Part shown: positions 1-9,324 of the stretch, piece by piece
Numbering within the stretch: the first letter of the stretch is position 1
Layout of the letters: each line of letters opens with the position of its first letter
Source: a virus
Virus record (IMG/VR): IMGVR_UViG_3300024999_000048
Coordinates: 57,090 to 121,089 of that record
Direction: 5' to 3' (one strand)
DNA: 64,000 nt
The notes under the pieces: model-generated
Databases searched by the model: none
Seen by the model: the letters and a program-made list of their open reading frames with translations, nothing else
What the model was told of the DNA's origin: nothing
Translations under genes and position numbers: made by a program

Positions 1-447
1 TCACAATGGAAAGATATGATTATTAGGAACACAATTGAAACTCTTGAATGTCTATTTGTAGATGAGAAATTTATTATCAAGGAGTCTGTGAAATTTGATA
101 TTATAATCAATCAAGTTGAGTTAAGAAAATCAATATCTAAAGTATGTTCTAACTCCTATGACAAATGTAGAAAGAAGTTAATAATTGAGAAAGATTTTGC
201 TCCTTATATTGCTAAGAAAAGTCTTTGGCATTGTATCAGAATATTATTATTTGGCATTCAATGTGCTAAGTATGGAAAGATTGTGGATTATTCTGAAGCA
301 AATAAATATTATAATGATATTGTGCTAAATGAAAGCAGTGAATGGGAATATTATAAATCTAATTGGCATGTGTTCTGTAATAATTTGAGAACTGAATTCA
401 GAAAGTATTCAGAGAAAGAGTGGATCAAGTGGAAAGAAACAAATTAA
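1..447 (+). CDS. Nucleotidyltransferase-like protein, C-terminal part (5' end off window)
   Basis: Frame is open from base 1; KKSLWHCIRIL helix resembles phage nucleotidyltransferase C-terminal domains. Confidence 0.45.
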   Translation, partial: SQWKDMIIRNTIETLECLFVDEKFIIKESVKFDIIINQVELRKSISKVCSNSYDKCRKKLIIEKDFAPYIAKKSLWHCIRILLFGIQCAKYGKIVDYSEANKYYNDIVLNESSEWEYYKSNWHVFCNNLRTEFRKYSEKEWIKWKETN

Positions 448-1352
448 TCATGATGATTGGAATTGTGGCGAGTGGGAAATCATTTTATGCTCAAGAATTA
501 GCACAAAAAGAAAATGCGGTTATACATTCTTCTGACCAATTAAGAATTGAGTTGTTTGGTGATGTTAATTTTCAGGATAAGAATGGAGAATTATTTGTAG
601 AGTTACACAGAAGGATTAAAAGTGATTTAAATAAAGGTAAAAATGTACTGTATGACGCTACCAATCTTAATTATAAGAAGCGTAAAGCGTTTCTTGAAGA
701 ATTAAAAAAGATTGATTGCGTTAAAGAATGTTACTTAGTGGCTACCCCTTATGAGAAATGCTTAGAACAAAACAGACAAAGAGAAAGAAAAGTTCCTGAA
801 TTTGTTTTGGATAGGATGTATAAGAGTATATTTATACCACAGTTTTATGAAGGGTGGTCGGATATACATATTATATGGAATACAAAGGGCTATAATTTTG
901 ATACTAATGAATTATTTAATGGTGAAAATGGATTGAATAAAATTGACCAACACAATCCATTTCACACTTTAACTATTGGAAAACATTGTTTAAAATGCTT
1001 TCAGATTTGTGAAGAATTACTTGATGATTTTGAATTAAATATGGCAGCTATGTACCATGACATTGGAAAGAGATATACTAAAGCATTTAAAAACTCTAAG
1101 GGTGAAGATACTGACACTGCACATTACTATAATCATAATAATGTTTCTGCATATGATAGTCTATTCATTTTTAATAAGCAAGATTTTGATATTGAAACAA
1201 TTTTACTGATTACAAATTACATACAATGGCATATGCAACCTTTCTTCAATAAAGATTCGGAAAAAGCAAAAAATAAGTTTATTAATTTAGTTGGTCAAGA
1301 ATTTTATGATAAATTGTTAATTTTGCATGAAGCTGATGTATTGGCAAAATAA
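420..1352 (+). CDS. AAA_33-type kinase fused to HD domain (polynucleotide kinase/phosphatase-like)
   Basis: Walker A GIVASGKS, DATN motif, RERKVP lid, C-terminal AAMYHDIGK HD motif. Confidence 0.8.
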   Translation: MDQVERNKLIMMIGIVASGKSFYAQELAQKENAVIHSSDQLRIELFGDVNFQDKNGELFVELHRRIKSDLNKGKNVLYDATNLNYKKRKAFLEELKKIDCVKECYLVATPYEKCLEQNRQRERKVPEFVLDRMYKSIFIPQFYEGWSDIHIIWNTKGYNFDTNELFNGENGLNKIDQHNPFHTLTIGKHCLKCFQICEELLDDFELNMAAMYHDIGKRYTKAFKNSKGEDTDTAHYYNHNNVSAYDSLFIFNKQDFDIETILLITNYIQWHMQPFFNKDSEKAKNKFINLVGQEFYDKLLILHEADVLAK

Positions 1353-1363
1353 TCCAACCTTAT

Positions 1364-1386
1364 AACCCTACTGTAACAAGGGTTTC
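1364..1386. repeat. 23-bp dispersed quasi-palindromic element, copy 1
   Basis: AACCCTACTGTAACAAGGGTTTC; reverse-complement relatives at 34358-34380 and 56648-56670. Confidence 0.6.
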
Positions 1387-1440
1387 AAAATCAACGATTC
1401 CCATTTTGTCCCATAAAAATCAAATTTTATGCTTTTTGGA

Positions 1441-1487
1441 AATTATAAAATAAATACTTGACTTATTATAACTTAATATGATATACT
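1441..1487 (+). promoter_or_regulatory. SigA-type promoter with conserved upstream AT box
   Basis: AATTATAAAATAAATAC, TTGACT (1458), 18 nt, TG-n-TATACT (1482). Confidence 0.7.
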
Positions 1488-1519
1488 AAATTGAGAAATA
1501 ATGTTTAAGGAGATGTAAA

Positions 1520-2419
1520 ATGGTTAAAAATATTAAATGCTTAGAGAGTTCAGAAGGTAATGTTTGGAAATACATATTTGACTTTGGAGATGCTATTGCC
1601 GAGGCCGTACTTTATCGCTATGGAACATTCGAAGAACGAACTGTAATATGTTGCTCTGTGCAGTCTGGATGCCCTGTAGGATGCCAATTCTGCGGTACTG
1701 GTAAGCATTTTGTTCGTAATCTTACTGTAGATGAGATTGTTGGTCAAATTGAATATATACTTAAGGACAAGAATATAGAATCTATTAATACCACTTGTGA
1801 AAAGTTTCAAATTATGTTTATGAGTATGGGCGAACCAATGCTTAACTGGTATAATGTGAAATATAGTATTCTCCAAATGTATCATGGTTTAAGATGGGGA
1901 AATGCTCAATATTTGATTTCTACCATTGGAGTAAATGATGATGAGGTTTTTGGTGGATTAATTGAATTATCTAAAGCTGTTCCAAACGTAGGTCTACAAT
2001 TCTCTATTCATCGTGGTTATGAAACAATGAGAGATATCTTAATTCCATTTAAAAATAAAATGAGTTTGAGAAAATTACGTGATGCTGGTATCATATGGTC
2101 TGAAGCTACAGGTAGAAAGGTATTTCTTAATTATTGTGTAACTGATGAGAATTCTTCATTAGATGAACTTGGAAGATTAAAAGATTTATTTACTTCACAT
2201 AGATTCAATTTTACATTTAGCACAGTTTGTACAGCAGATGAAACTATGAAACAAGTTGGAATTAGAGATTTAAGTAAGATAGAAAAGGTGGCAGAATCAT
2301 TTAGTATTGATGGATATAATACAAGAGTATTTAATCCTGCAGGTCAAGATGACATTGGAGGTGGTTGTGGTCAATTGTGGTATGTTCAAGAATGGTTAAG
2401 TAAATATGAAAATAAATAA
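1520..2419 (+). CDS. RlmN/Cfr-family radical SAM RNA methyltransferase-like protein
   Basis: SVQSGCPVGCQFCGTG (CxxxCxxC), MSMGEP and DDIGGGCGQL motifs; lacks the N-terminal helical domain. Confidence 0.8.
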   Translation: MVKNIKCLESSEGNVWKYIFDFGDAIAEAVLYRYGTFEERTVICCSVQSGCPVGCQFCGTGKHFVRNLTVDEIVGQIEYILKDKNIESINTTCEKFQIMFMSMGEPMLNWYNVKYSILQMYHGLRWGNAQYLISTIGVNDDEVFGGLIELSKAVPNVGLQFSIHRGYETMRDILIPFKNKMSLRKLRDAGIIWSEATGRKVFLNYCVTDENSSLDELGRLKDLFTSHRFNFTFSTVCTADETMKQVGIRDLSKIEKVAESFSIDGYNTRVFNPAGQDDIGGGCGQLWYVQEWLSKYENK

Positions 2420-2437
2420 ATTATAGAAGGTGATAAA

Positions 2438-3268
2438 TTGATTTGGTTAAACGACACGTTATTAGATTTCACCACATTCCCAAATGGGGAAACAAAAATC
2501 AATGAACAACAAATTAATAAAATTTTAGGAGGTGTTAATAATTCATTAACTACATTTAAATATCAATCAGATGCAGATTTGATTAAGTTATTATTCCTAA
2601 AGAAATACCTAGATCAATTAAAAGTAAAATCTGATCTACATATTATGTACATGCCATATAGTAGAATGGATAGATCGGAAGGAGGTTCAGCATTCACACT
2701 AAAATATATTGCAGAATTTATTAATGGTTTAGGATTTGATTATATTCACGTATTAGAACCACATTCTAATGTAACTCCTGCATTATTAAATAATTGTAAA
2801 ACTAGATTCTTGTCTGTTGATATATTTTATGATATTAAAGACAAAATTAATTTCAATAATGATACTGATTATGTGTATTATCCTGATGCCGGAGCAGAGA
2901 AACGTTATAGTAAAATGATTGCTGTTCCTAATCAATTAGTAGGATTTAAACACAGAGATTTTAAAACAGGTAAAATTACTAGTCTTCAAGTTTTTGGAGA
3001 TGTTAAGAAAAAAGGATTTAAAGTGGTTATGGTAGATGACTTGAGTAGTTACGGAGGTACATTTATCTTAGGAGCAAAACAACTTAGAGAGCTTGGTGCT
3101 TCAGAGATTTATCTTGTTGTTGGACATTGTGAAGAATCAATTTATAAAGGTGATATATTTAAGACAGATTTAATTGATAAAGTTTTCACTACTGATACTA
3201 TTATGAATGAATCTTTAAATAATAAAATTGAAGTATATAAAATTATGAATAAGAAAGAGGCAAAATAA
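2438..3268 (+). CDS. PRPP-synthetase-like protein (Adps-like, NARP1)
   Basis: FPNGE, YMPYSRMDR, YPDAGAEKRY, MVDDLSSYGGTF. Confidence 0.85.
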   Translation: MIWLNDTLLDFTTFPNGETKINEQQINKILGGVNNSLTTFKYQSDADLIKLLFLKKYLDQLKVKSDLHIMYMPYSRMDRSEGGSAFTLKYIAEFINGLGFDYIHVLEPHSNVTPALLNNCKTRFLSVDIFYDIKDKINFNNDTDYVYYPDAGAEKRYSKMIAVPNQLVGFKHRDFKTGKITSLQVFGDVKKKGFKVVMVDDLSSYGGTFILGAKQLRELGASEIYLVVGHCEESIYKGDIFKTDLIDKVFTTDTIMNESLNNKIEVYKIMNKKEAK

Positions 3269-3269
3269 T

Positions 3270-4979
3270 ATGAAAACAAATCCATTGTTAATGACAGATG
3301 CTTATAAAATTAGCCACCTCATTATGAGTGAAAAAGGTACAGAGAAAATCTATTCTACATTTACACCAAGACATTCAAGAATTGAAGGAATTAATGAAGT
3401 AGTATTCTTTGGATTACAAGGATTTATCAAGGATTATTTAATTGAAAATTTCAATGAAAATTTCTTCAATATGGATAAAGGAACTGTAATTGCAGATTAT
3501 AAAAGAATCATTAAGAATTCATTAGGAGATAATTGTGCTGATACTTCTCATATCGAAGCATTACATGATCTAGGATATTTACCTATTAAAATTAAAGCGG
3601 TAAAAGAAGGTACCCTTATTCCAATGAAAGTTCCTGTATTTACAATTGAAAATACTCAAAAAGAATTCTATTGGTTGACAAATTTTTTAGAAACATTGAT
3701 TTCTGCAAATATGTGGAAAGTAATTACTGCTACAACAATTGTAAAGAAATATAGAGATATTTGTGAAAAATGGGCTGAGAAAACATGTGATAGTAAAGAT
3801 CATATTCAATGGCAATGTCATAATTTTAGTTATAGAGGAATGAGTGGTCATGAAGATGCAGTTACTACAGGTGCAGGACATTTGCTGTATTTTACTGGAA
3901 CAGATACTTTGCCAAGTATTCAGTATTTAGAACAATATTATGGCGCGAATGTAGAGAATGACCTTATTGGTGCAAGCGTTCTCGCCACGGAACATAGTAT
4001 TCAATGTGGATATCAAGACGATCTGAGATATTTTAAGAGAATGATTACAGAAGTGGCTCCTAGCGGTATTGTTAGTATAGTTAGTGATGGATACGATTAT
4101 TTCAATGTTCTTGGTAATATTTTACCTACACTAAAAGATGATATTATGAGTAGAGATGGTAAGACCGTCATTCGTCCTGACAGTGGCTCTCCAGTGAAAA
4201 TTATTTGTGGGAATGTGATTGTTGAAGATTTAACCAATGAAGAATATTGTGATAATCTGGAAGATTGCAAGGAAATTATGTTGGAGAGAATGGTTGACGA
4301 TATAAGAAATTATACACCTCATGGAGAACATGGTATTTCTAGGCAAGATGCTATTTTTAAATTTCAAGATAAGCATTATGAAATTGTTATTGAAATTGAT
4401 TGGAATAGACATGACAAACAATATTATTATATTGATGGTGCTAATGTTTACATTTGTAAGGAAGCAGAGTTAACCTTAGAGCAAAAAGGTTCTGTAGAAT
4501 CTCTGTGGGATACCTTTGGAGGTACTATTAATAGTAAAGGATATAAGGTATTAGATAGTCATATCGGAATTATTTATGGCGATAGCATTAGTCCAGAAAT
4601 TGCTGAAGAAACTTTCAAACAATTAGAAGCAAAAGGATTCTCTTCTGAAAACATCGTATATGGAGTTGGAAGTTATTCTTTGGGTTATCACACCAGAGAT
4701 ACATTTTCGATGGCTTTAAAGGCCACTTACACGGTTATTGATGGAAAAGAGAAATTCATCTTTAAAGATCCTAAAACTGATATTGGTGGAATTAAAAAAT
4801 CTCAAAGAGGTATGGTTTCTGTGTTACAAGATCCTGATGATGGAGAAATATTTCTTATAGACAGATTAAATGCAGAGAAAAGAGATAATTATAATGGTCG
4901 TGATTTACTTGAAGATGTATTTATTGATGGGAAATTAGTAAGAGATGAAAGTTTAGCGGAAATTAGAGCAAGAGTTTAA
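3270..4979 (+). CDS. Nicotinamide phosphoribosyltransferase-like protein (NadV/Namat-like, NARP1)
   Basis: TDAYKISH, HNFSYRG, ATEHS, VIRPDSG, IYGDSI, TRDT, KDPKTD. Confidence 0.9.
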   Translation: MKTNPLLMTDAYKISHLIMSEKGTEKIYSTFTPRHSRIEGINEVVFFGLQGFIKDYLIENFNENFFNMDKGTVIADYKRIIKNSLGDNCADTSHIEALHDLGYLPIKIKAVKEGTLIPMKVPVFTIENTQKEFYWLTNFLETLISANMWKVITATTIVKKYRDICEKWAEKTCDSKDHIQWQCHNFSYRGMSGHEDAVTTGAGHLLYFTGTDTLPSIQYLEQYYGANVENDLIGASVLATEHSIQCGYQDDLRYFKRMITEVAPSGIVSIVSDGYDYFNVLGNILPTLKDDIMSRDGKTVIRPDSGSPVKIICGNVIVEDLTNEEYCDNLEDCKEIMLERMVDDIRNYTPHGEHGISRQDAIFKFQDKHYEIVIEIDWNRHDKQYYYIDGANVYICKEAELTLEQKGSVESLWDTFGGTINSKGYKVLDSHIGIIYGDSISPEIAEETFKQLEAKGFSSENIVYGVGSYSLGYHTRDTFSMALKATYTVIDGKEKFIFKDPKTDIGGIKKSQRGMVSVLQDPDDGEIFLIDRLNAEKRDNYNGRDLLEDVFIDGKLVRDESLAEIRARV

Positions 4980-4997
4980 AATAAGAGGATAAGATTG

Positions 4998-5034
4998 GAT
5001 TCTGAAAGTATATTAATATTTTGCTTTCAGAATC
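4998..5034 (+). terminator. Hairpin after the NAMPT-like gene
   Basis: GATTCTGAAAGTA...TGCTTTCAGAATC inverted repeat. Confidence 0.55.
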
Positions 5035-5147
5035 TAAAATCCAAATATTAAGGAGGCCAATACCTATGGAAGAACTTGATATCTTTAGTGTTAGCATGAA
5101 GAAAATAGAAGGAACTAAAAATTATTAATCAAGGGGATTTAAATTTT

Positions 5148-5381
5148 ATGAATTGGAATATTAATTTTTGTTCGAAGAAAGAGGATTTTGATTATTGTCA
5201 AAATAATTGCAATAAAACATGTCCTACTGTATCAAATTTCTGGTATGGGCATATTATAAATCCATTAATTAATTTATGGATGACTATCCAAAACAGATTT
5301 ACTAAATGTGATAAATTACCTACTAAATGTTCGTTTTTGTTTTGTAAAAAGTATTGTTCTTTACATAGGAGATGCAAGTGA
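5148..5381 (+). CDS. Hypothetical Cys-rich protein
   Basis: ORF with AAGGGG RBS. Confidence 0.5.
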   Translation: MNWNINFCSKKEDFDYCQNNCNKTCPTVSNFWYGHIINPLINLWMTIQNRFTKCDKLPTKCSFLFCKKYCSLHRRCK

Positions 5382-5584
5382 AAATACGAAAGAAGGTAAA
5401 CAATATGTTTTACGTCAAAAGCAAGAAACCTGAATCATGTTGTGATGAAGTATCAGGAACTCGTACAAAGAAAATAGTTTATGATATTCAATATAAGCGT
5501 GGTTATCCATTCTTTACTTTTTATGAGAACGGACAATGGATTACTAGAAGTGCAAAATATTATGAACCAGTAATTCAATCATAG
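5372..5584 (+). CDS. Hypothetical protein
   Basis: ORF track; real start is probably the downstream ATG after GAAGGT. Confidence 0.5.
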   Translation: MQVKIRKKVNNMFYVKSKKPESCCDEVSGTRTKKIVYDIQYKRGYPFFTFYENGQWITRSAKYYEPVIQS

Positions 5585-5622
5585 AGTTATTTAGAAGGAA
5601 TTCATAAAGGAGAATTGATTTC

Positions 5623-5829
5623 ATGAAAGATATTTTTAATTTTGAATTAGATGAAAAGAATAAAAAGCGTTTTTCTCATTGTGATTTTGTATTCAAAGCA
5701 GAGAAGGAAAATGATGGAAAATATAAAGTTACTTGGATTGAAGATGGAGAATTAGAGCAGTCATCTATAGAAGAAAAGAGAATGAAACATGGATTAGATG
5801 AAGGTTATTGGGTTATAAAACAAGACTAA
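5623..5829 (+). CDS. Hypothetical protein
   Basis: AAGGAG RBS. Confidence 0.6.
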   Translation: MKDIFNFELDEKNKKRFSHCDFVFKAEKENDGKYKVTWIEDGELEQSSIEEKRMKHGLDEGYWVIKQD

Positions 5830-5850
5830 TTAAAAGAAAGGATAATAAAT

Positions 5851-6081
5851 ATGAAAGAAATACCAAATTGTAGAATATGTCAATTAAAATGTTGTGGATG
5901 CGAAAGTTATGACACTTGCTTAATGCGTAAAGGTGAGAATGGTCATAAAATAGAAGATTGCACATTAATGGCTAGTAAATATTATTTGCTTACTGAGTAT
6001 TTAAGTTATGAGAAAGGTTTAAATATGAGATTATGTAATTACGATGTGGTGTGTAAAAGTTTAGTGGAAGCATGGAATTAG
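5851..6081 (+). CDS. Hypothetical Cys-rich protein
   Basis: AAAGGA RBS, CxxC motifs. Confidence 0.55.
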   Translation: MKEIPNCRICQLKCCGCESYDTCLMRKGENGHKIEDCTLMASKYYLLTEYLSYEKGLNMRLCNYDVVCKSLVEAWN

Positions 6082-6097
6082 GAAGGAGAAATGTAAT

Positions 6098-6430
6098 ATG
6101 GAAGATGAAATAGTGGAGTATTTTATTGTTAATAGTGAATTAAATATGTCTGCTGGTAAGGTGTGCGCTCAAATAGGCCATGTGGCGACGATAATTGCAG
6201 TAGATTATTGTGATCAAGATATCTTTTGGAAGTGGTATCAAAAAGATCAGAAGAAAATAATTTTACGTGGTGAACAAAAGGATTTAGAGAAATTAATTGA
6301 TGCAGGATTCTATTATATTAGAGATAATGGGTGCAATGAAGTAGAAAAAGGGTCATTGACCTGTGTAGGACTTGAACCTATGTTAAAAAGTGAAGCACAG
6401 AAATTTGTGAAGAGATTACAATTGTATTAG
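6098..6430 (+). CDS. Peptidyl-tRNA hydrolase, PTH2 family
   Basis: LNMSAGKVCAQIGH, QKKIIL, IRDNG-x-EV, SLTCVG. Confidence 0.85.
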   Translation: MEDEIVEYFIVNSELNMSAGKVCAQIGHVATIIAVDYCDQDIFWKWYQKDQKKIILRGEQKDLEKLIDAGFYYIRDNGCNEVEKGSLTCVGLEPMLKSEAQKFVKRLQLY

Positions 6431-6813
6431 ATTCCCAGAAAAGAATAGTTTTAAAGGCAAGAAAGGACAACAAAAATGTTTAAATTAGAATTGTCAAAAG
6501 TTTCAGGGATTTTAGTTAAGCAATCAAATATATTTGAGTGCGATTTAAAAACTGCTTGGGAAAAGTGGATGCATCCTGCTATTACGGAACAGTTTACATA
6601 TGAAGAAGTTAAATTGTTTATAGAGGGGAATAAAAGTAAGTGTAATAAGTATTAATTAATTTTAAAGAGGAGATTATATGCATAAAATAAAAGGATATTG
6701 GAGTAAATTTGTTTTAATTCAAATGATAGCAATAATACTTTTGTCTATAATTGGATTACCTAAAAGTAATTCCAGTATTTATTGGTGGATGGGAGTTACT
6801 TTGATTGATATGA

Positions 6814-7158
6814 TTGCTACTCATCCTGTATTTTATGAAGAGGAGTAAGATAATAATGGATGATGATATTATTGAATTTGAACCAGAAACTAAAATACCG
6901 TTATGGGGAAGAATTATATCATGGATATTTGGTGGAATTCTTTTAATAATTGCATTATCAATATTAGTGATTGGATCTTGGACTTTAGGATTAAGTATAT
7001 TAGAAGAAATGAAAATGTTTGGATTATTAAAGACTTTATTAACTTTAGGTGTAGGATCTTTGTTATTTTTGCTTTCTGCAATAATGATTGTTTTGTTTAC
7101 TGCTATTGTAAGGAGAATTATGAAGTGGGAATGGTTGAAGATTCCACCAATGGAGTAG
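6814..7158 (+). CDS. Two-TM membrane protein
   Basis: Two hydrophobic segments; likely start at MDDD after GAGGAG. Confidence 0.6.
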   Translation: MLLILYFMKRSKIIMDDDIIEFEPETKIPLWGRIISWIFGGILLIIALSILVIGSWTLGLSILEEMKMFGLLKTLLTLGVGSLLFLLSAIMIVLFTAIVRRIMKWEWLKIPPME

Positions 7159-7205
7159 GGGTTATTTAGTTGTTGAGTGATAGAAGAGAGGATAAAAGGA
7201 TGTGA

Positions 7206-7274
7206 TTGTAATGTAGAAATAAATATATGGTACAATGTATATTGGACAAATAATTGGTCATAATAATTATCACG
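7206..7274 (+). promoter_or_regulatory. Putative promoter/operator of MazF-like gene 1
   Basis: Extended -10 TG-G-TACAAT (7228-7236), imperfect palindrome GACAAATAATTGGTC (7245-7259), ATTATCACG (7266). Confidence 0.45.
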
Positions 7275-7303
7275 GAGTTAAATAAAAAGGAGTGATAATT
7301 ATT

Positions 7304-7708
7304 ATGCAAGTAGTAAATAAAGTTCAACAATCGCAACAGTTGGTTAGAGGTGGGATATACCTAGTTGATCTAGGTGAAGGAAGAGGATCTTTGCAAGGAA
7401 AGGTTCGTCCATGTGTGTTAATTTCGAACCGAATGGCTAATATCCACAGTTCAGTTTTGCATATATGTCCAGTGAGTTCAATTACTACTAAGTCAAAATT
7501 ACCGACGCATATTGGATTGAGCAAAAATAATTCTGGATTATTAAGGGATAGTATTGTACTCTGCGAACAAACACAACTGGTTACGAAGGATTCAATAGGT
7601 CGCATGGTTGGCCTTTGTTTGGAGGAAGATTTAATGAGAATTAATAGAGGAATTGCTATACAGTTCGGATTATCTGAAGTTAGAAATAATGTTGCTTATG
7701 CAAATTAA
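7304..7708 (+). CDS. PemK/MazF-family endoribonuclease-like protein 1 (no adjacent MazE)
   Basis: RGGIYLVDLG, GSLQGKVRPCVLISN, KSKLPTH, RDSIVLCEQ align with NdoA/MazF; ATG chosen after AAAAGGAG. Confidence 0.85.
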   Translation: MQVVNKVQQSQQLVRGGIYLVDLGEGRGSLQGKVRPCVLISNRMANIHSSVLHICPVSSITTKSKLPTHIGLSKNNSGLLRDSIVLCEQTQLVTKDSIGRMVGLCLEEDLMRINRGIAIQFGLSEVRNNVAYAN

Positions 7709-7727
7709 GAAGGAGAGATATAATTAA

Positions 7728-8630
7728 TTGAAAGAGTTTAAAGATTTAATTGGTCAAACGTTTAATAGATGGACTGTAATTGGCATATCTGATAAAACAA
7801 ATAAACATTATGATAGATATTGGTTATGTCAATGCAGTTGTGAAAATAAAACAATAAGAGAAGTTAGTGAACTTAGTTTGATAAAAGAGAGAAGTAAGAG
7901 TTGTGGATGTTATTCAAGTGAAGTAACGACTAAAATGAATAAAGATAGATCAATCAGAGATAAATATCCACATTACAAAAGAATATATAGTGTTTACGAT
8001 GGAATGAGAAAGAGATGCTATAATGAAAACAACGACAATTATAAATACTATGGTGCGAAAGGAGTTATTATATGTAAAGAGTGGTTAAGTGATTTTATGA
8101 AGTTTTATCATTGGTCAATAGAGAATGGATATAGTCCTGAATTGACTATAGACAGAATAGAAACACACGGTATATATGAACCAGATAATTGCAGATGGGC
8201 GACTCAAGAAGTTCAAGATTATAATAAAAGAAATACAGTATATCTTGAAATTGATGGAGAATCGAAAACTGTATTAGATTGGGAGAAGATATCAGGATTA
8301 TCTTATTCTGTTCTTTGGCAAAGATATAAAATATTTGGTTTTAGAACAAAAGAAGAAATGTTTAAACCTGTTAGACAAGTTACTAAGATAATACATAATG
8401 GCATAGAAAAAACATTAAGACAATTACATGAAGAGACAGGGTTAGGAATAGCTATTTTAGAGTGGAGAAATAAACAAGGATTAAAAGATGATGAATTAAT
8501 AAAACCAGCAAATAGATGGGCAGGACATGTAAAATCTACAGAAAAAAGAATTAGAAAGAAAAAGACAAAAAATGTAATAGATATACAAAACACAATAGAT
8601 ATAAGAGAAGAGGTGTTAACCATTGGTTGA
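7728..8630 (+). CDS. HNH-type homing endonuclease-like protein
   Basis: WLCQCSC/SCGC N-terminus, YGAKGVIIC, TIDRI...YEPDNCRWAT, C-terminal HTH-like repeats. Confidence 0.8.
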   Translation: MKEFKDLIGQTFNRWTVIGISDKTNKHYDRYWLCQCSCENKTIREVSELSLIKERSKSCGCYSSEVTTKMNKDRSIRDKYPHYKRIYSVYDGMRKRCYNENNDNYKYYGAKGVIICKEWLSDFMKFYHWSIENGYSPELTIDRIETHGIYEPDNCRWATQEVQDYNKRNTVYLEIDGESKTVLDWEKISGLSYSVLWQRYKIFGFRTKEEMFKPVRQVTKIIHNGIEKTLRQLHEETGLGIAILEWRNKQGLKDDELIKPANRWAGHVKSTEKRIRKKKTKNVIDIQNTIDIREEVLTIG

Positions 8631-9243
8631 AACCCTCATAGCATCACTGCTATTCTCTAAACTTCATCTTTACATAAAACTAGGCAAACTCCAAATACAC
8701 AAAGAATCATATCTAATAAAACCAATACTAAAACAATGGAGTTTCTATCCAGTAATATTTATGTCGATATTTTATGTCTATCTACAATACACAATAATGA
8801 ATCAGAATTACTATTTTCTTCAATATCAACATATAATAAAAAATGCTATATTAGGATCATATATGGTTCTAGGACTTGATGTTCTATTAAGGTATGAGAA
8901 GTATAAAGAGTATATTATTGCATGTTGTAGTCTCTTGTGTGGCTTTACATTGAATTATATTGTAATGCATTTTAATCAGGGGAAGATGCCGATTTTTCCC
9001 GATATCTCTTATTCAACTGGTTACACACAATATAATGTGATTATGAATGCTTCTAAGTTTAGCGATTTTCATGTTTTAGGTGATCACACAACAAGATTGA
9101 TATTTTTATCAGATATATTCGATATAGGAGGAAGTATTTGGTCTCCTGGAGATGTGCTTTGTAGATTATTTGCTTTTATAATCGTCTACTTTTCGGTTAA
9201 AGAAATTAGCAAAATACATATGAATAAAATAGAGAATCAATAA
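8623..9243 (+). CDS. DUF5317-like membrane protein
   Basis: LNYIVMHFNQGKMP, TRLIFLSDIF, WSPGD motifs; multiple TM segments. Confidence 0.65.
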   Translation: MVETLIASLLFSKLHLYIKLGKLQIHKESYLIKPILKQWSFYPVIFMSIFYVYLQYTIMNQNYYFLQYQHIIKNAILGSYMVLGLDVLLRYEKYKEYIIACCSLLCGFTLNYIVMHFNQGKMPIFPDISYSTGYTQYNVIMNASKFSDFHVLGDHTTRLIFLSDIFDIGGSIWSPGDVLCRLFAFIIVYFSVKEISKIHMNKIENQ

Positions 9244-9255
9244 ATAAAATAATAC

Positions 9256-9284
9256 TTGCGTTACGCCTTGTCTTATGGTATAGT
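9256..9284 (+). promoter_or_regulatory. SigA-type promoter for membrane protein 1 and agrD
   Basis: TTGCGT, 17 nt, TG-G-TATAGT. Confidence 0.55.
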
Positions 9285-9324
9285 TATTACAGGTTAAGAA
9301 ATGGATAAGAAAGAGGTAATACAT

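Noticed and set aside
1520-2419. cfr antibiotic-resistance gene
   Set aside because: Family motifs alone cannot separate Cfr from RlmN, and the protein is divergent and N-terminally shortened.
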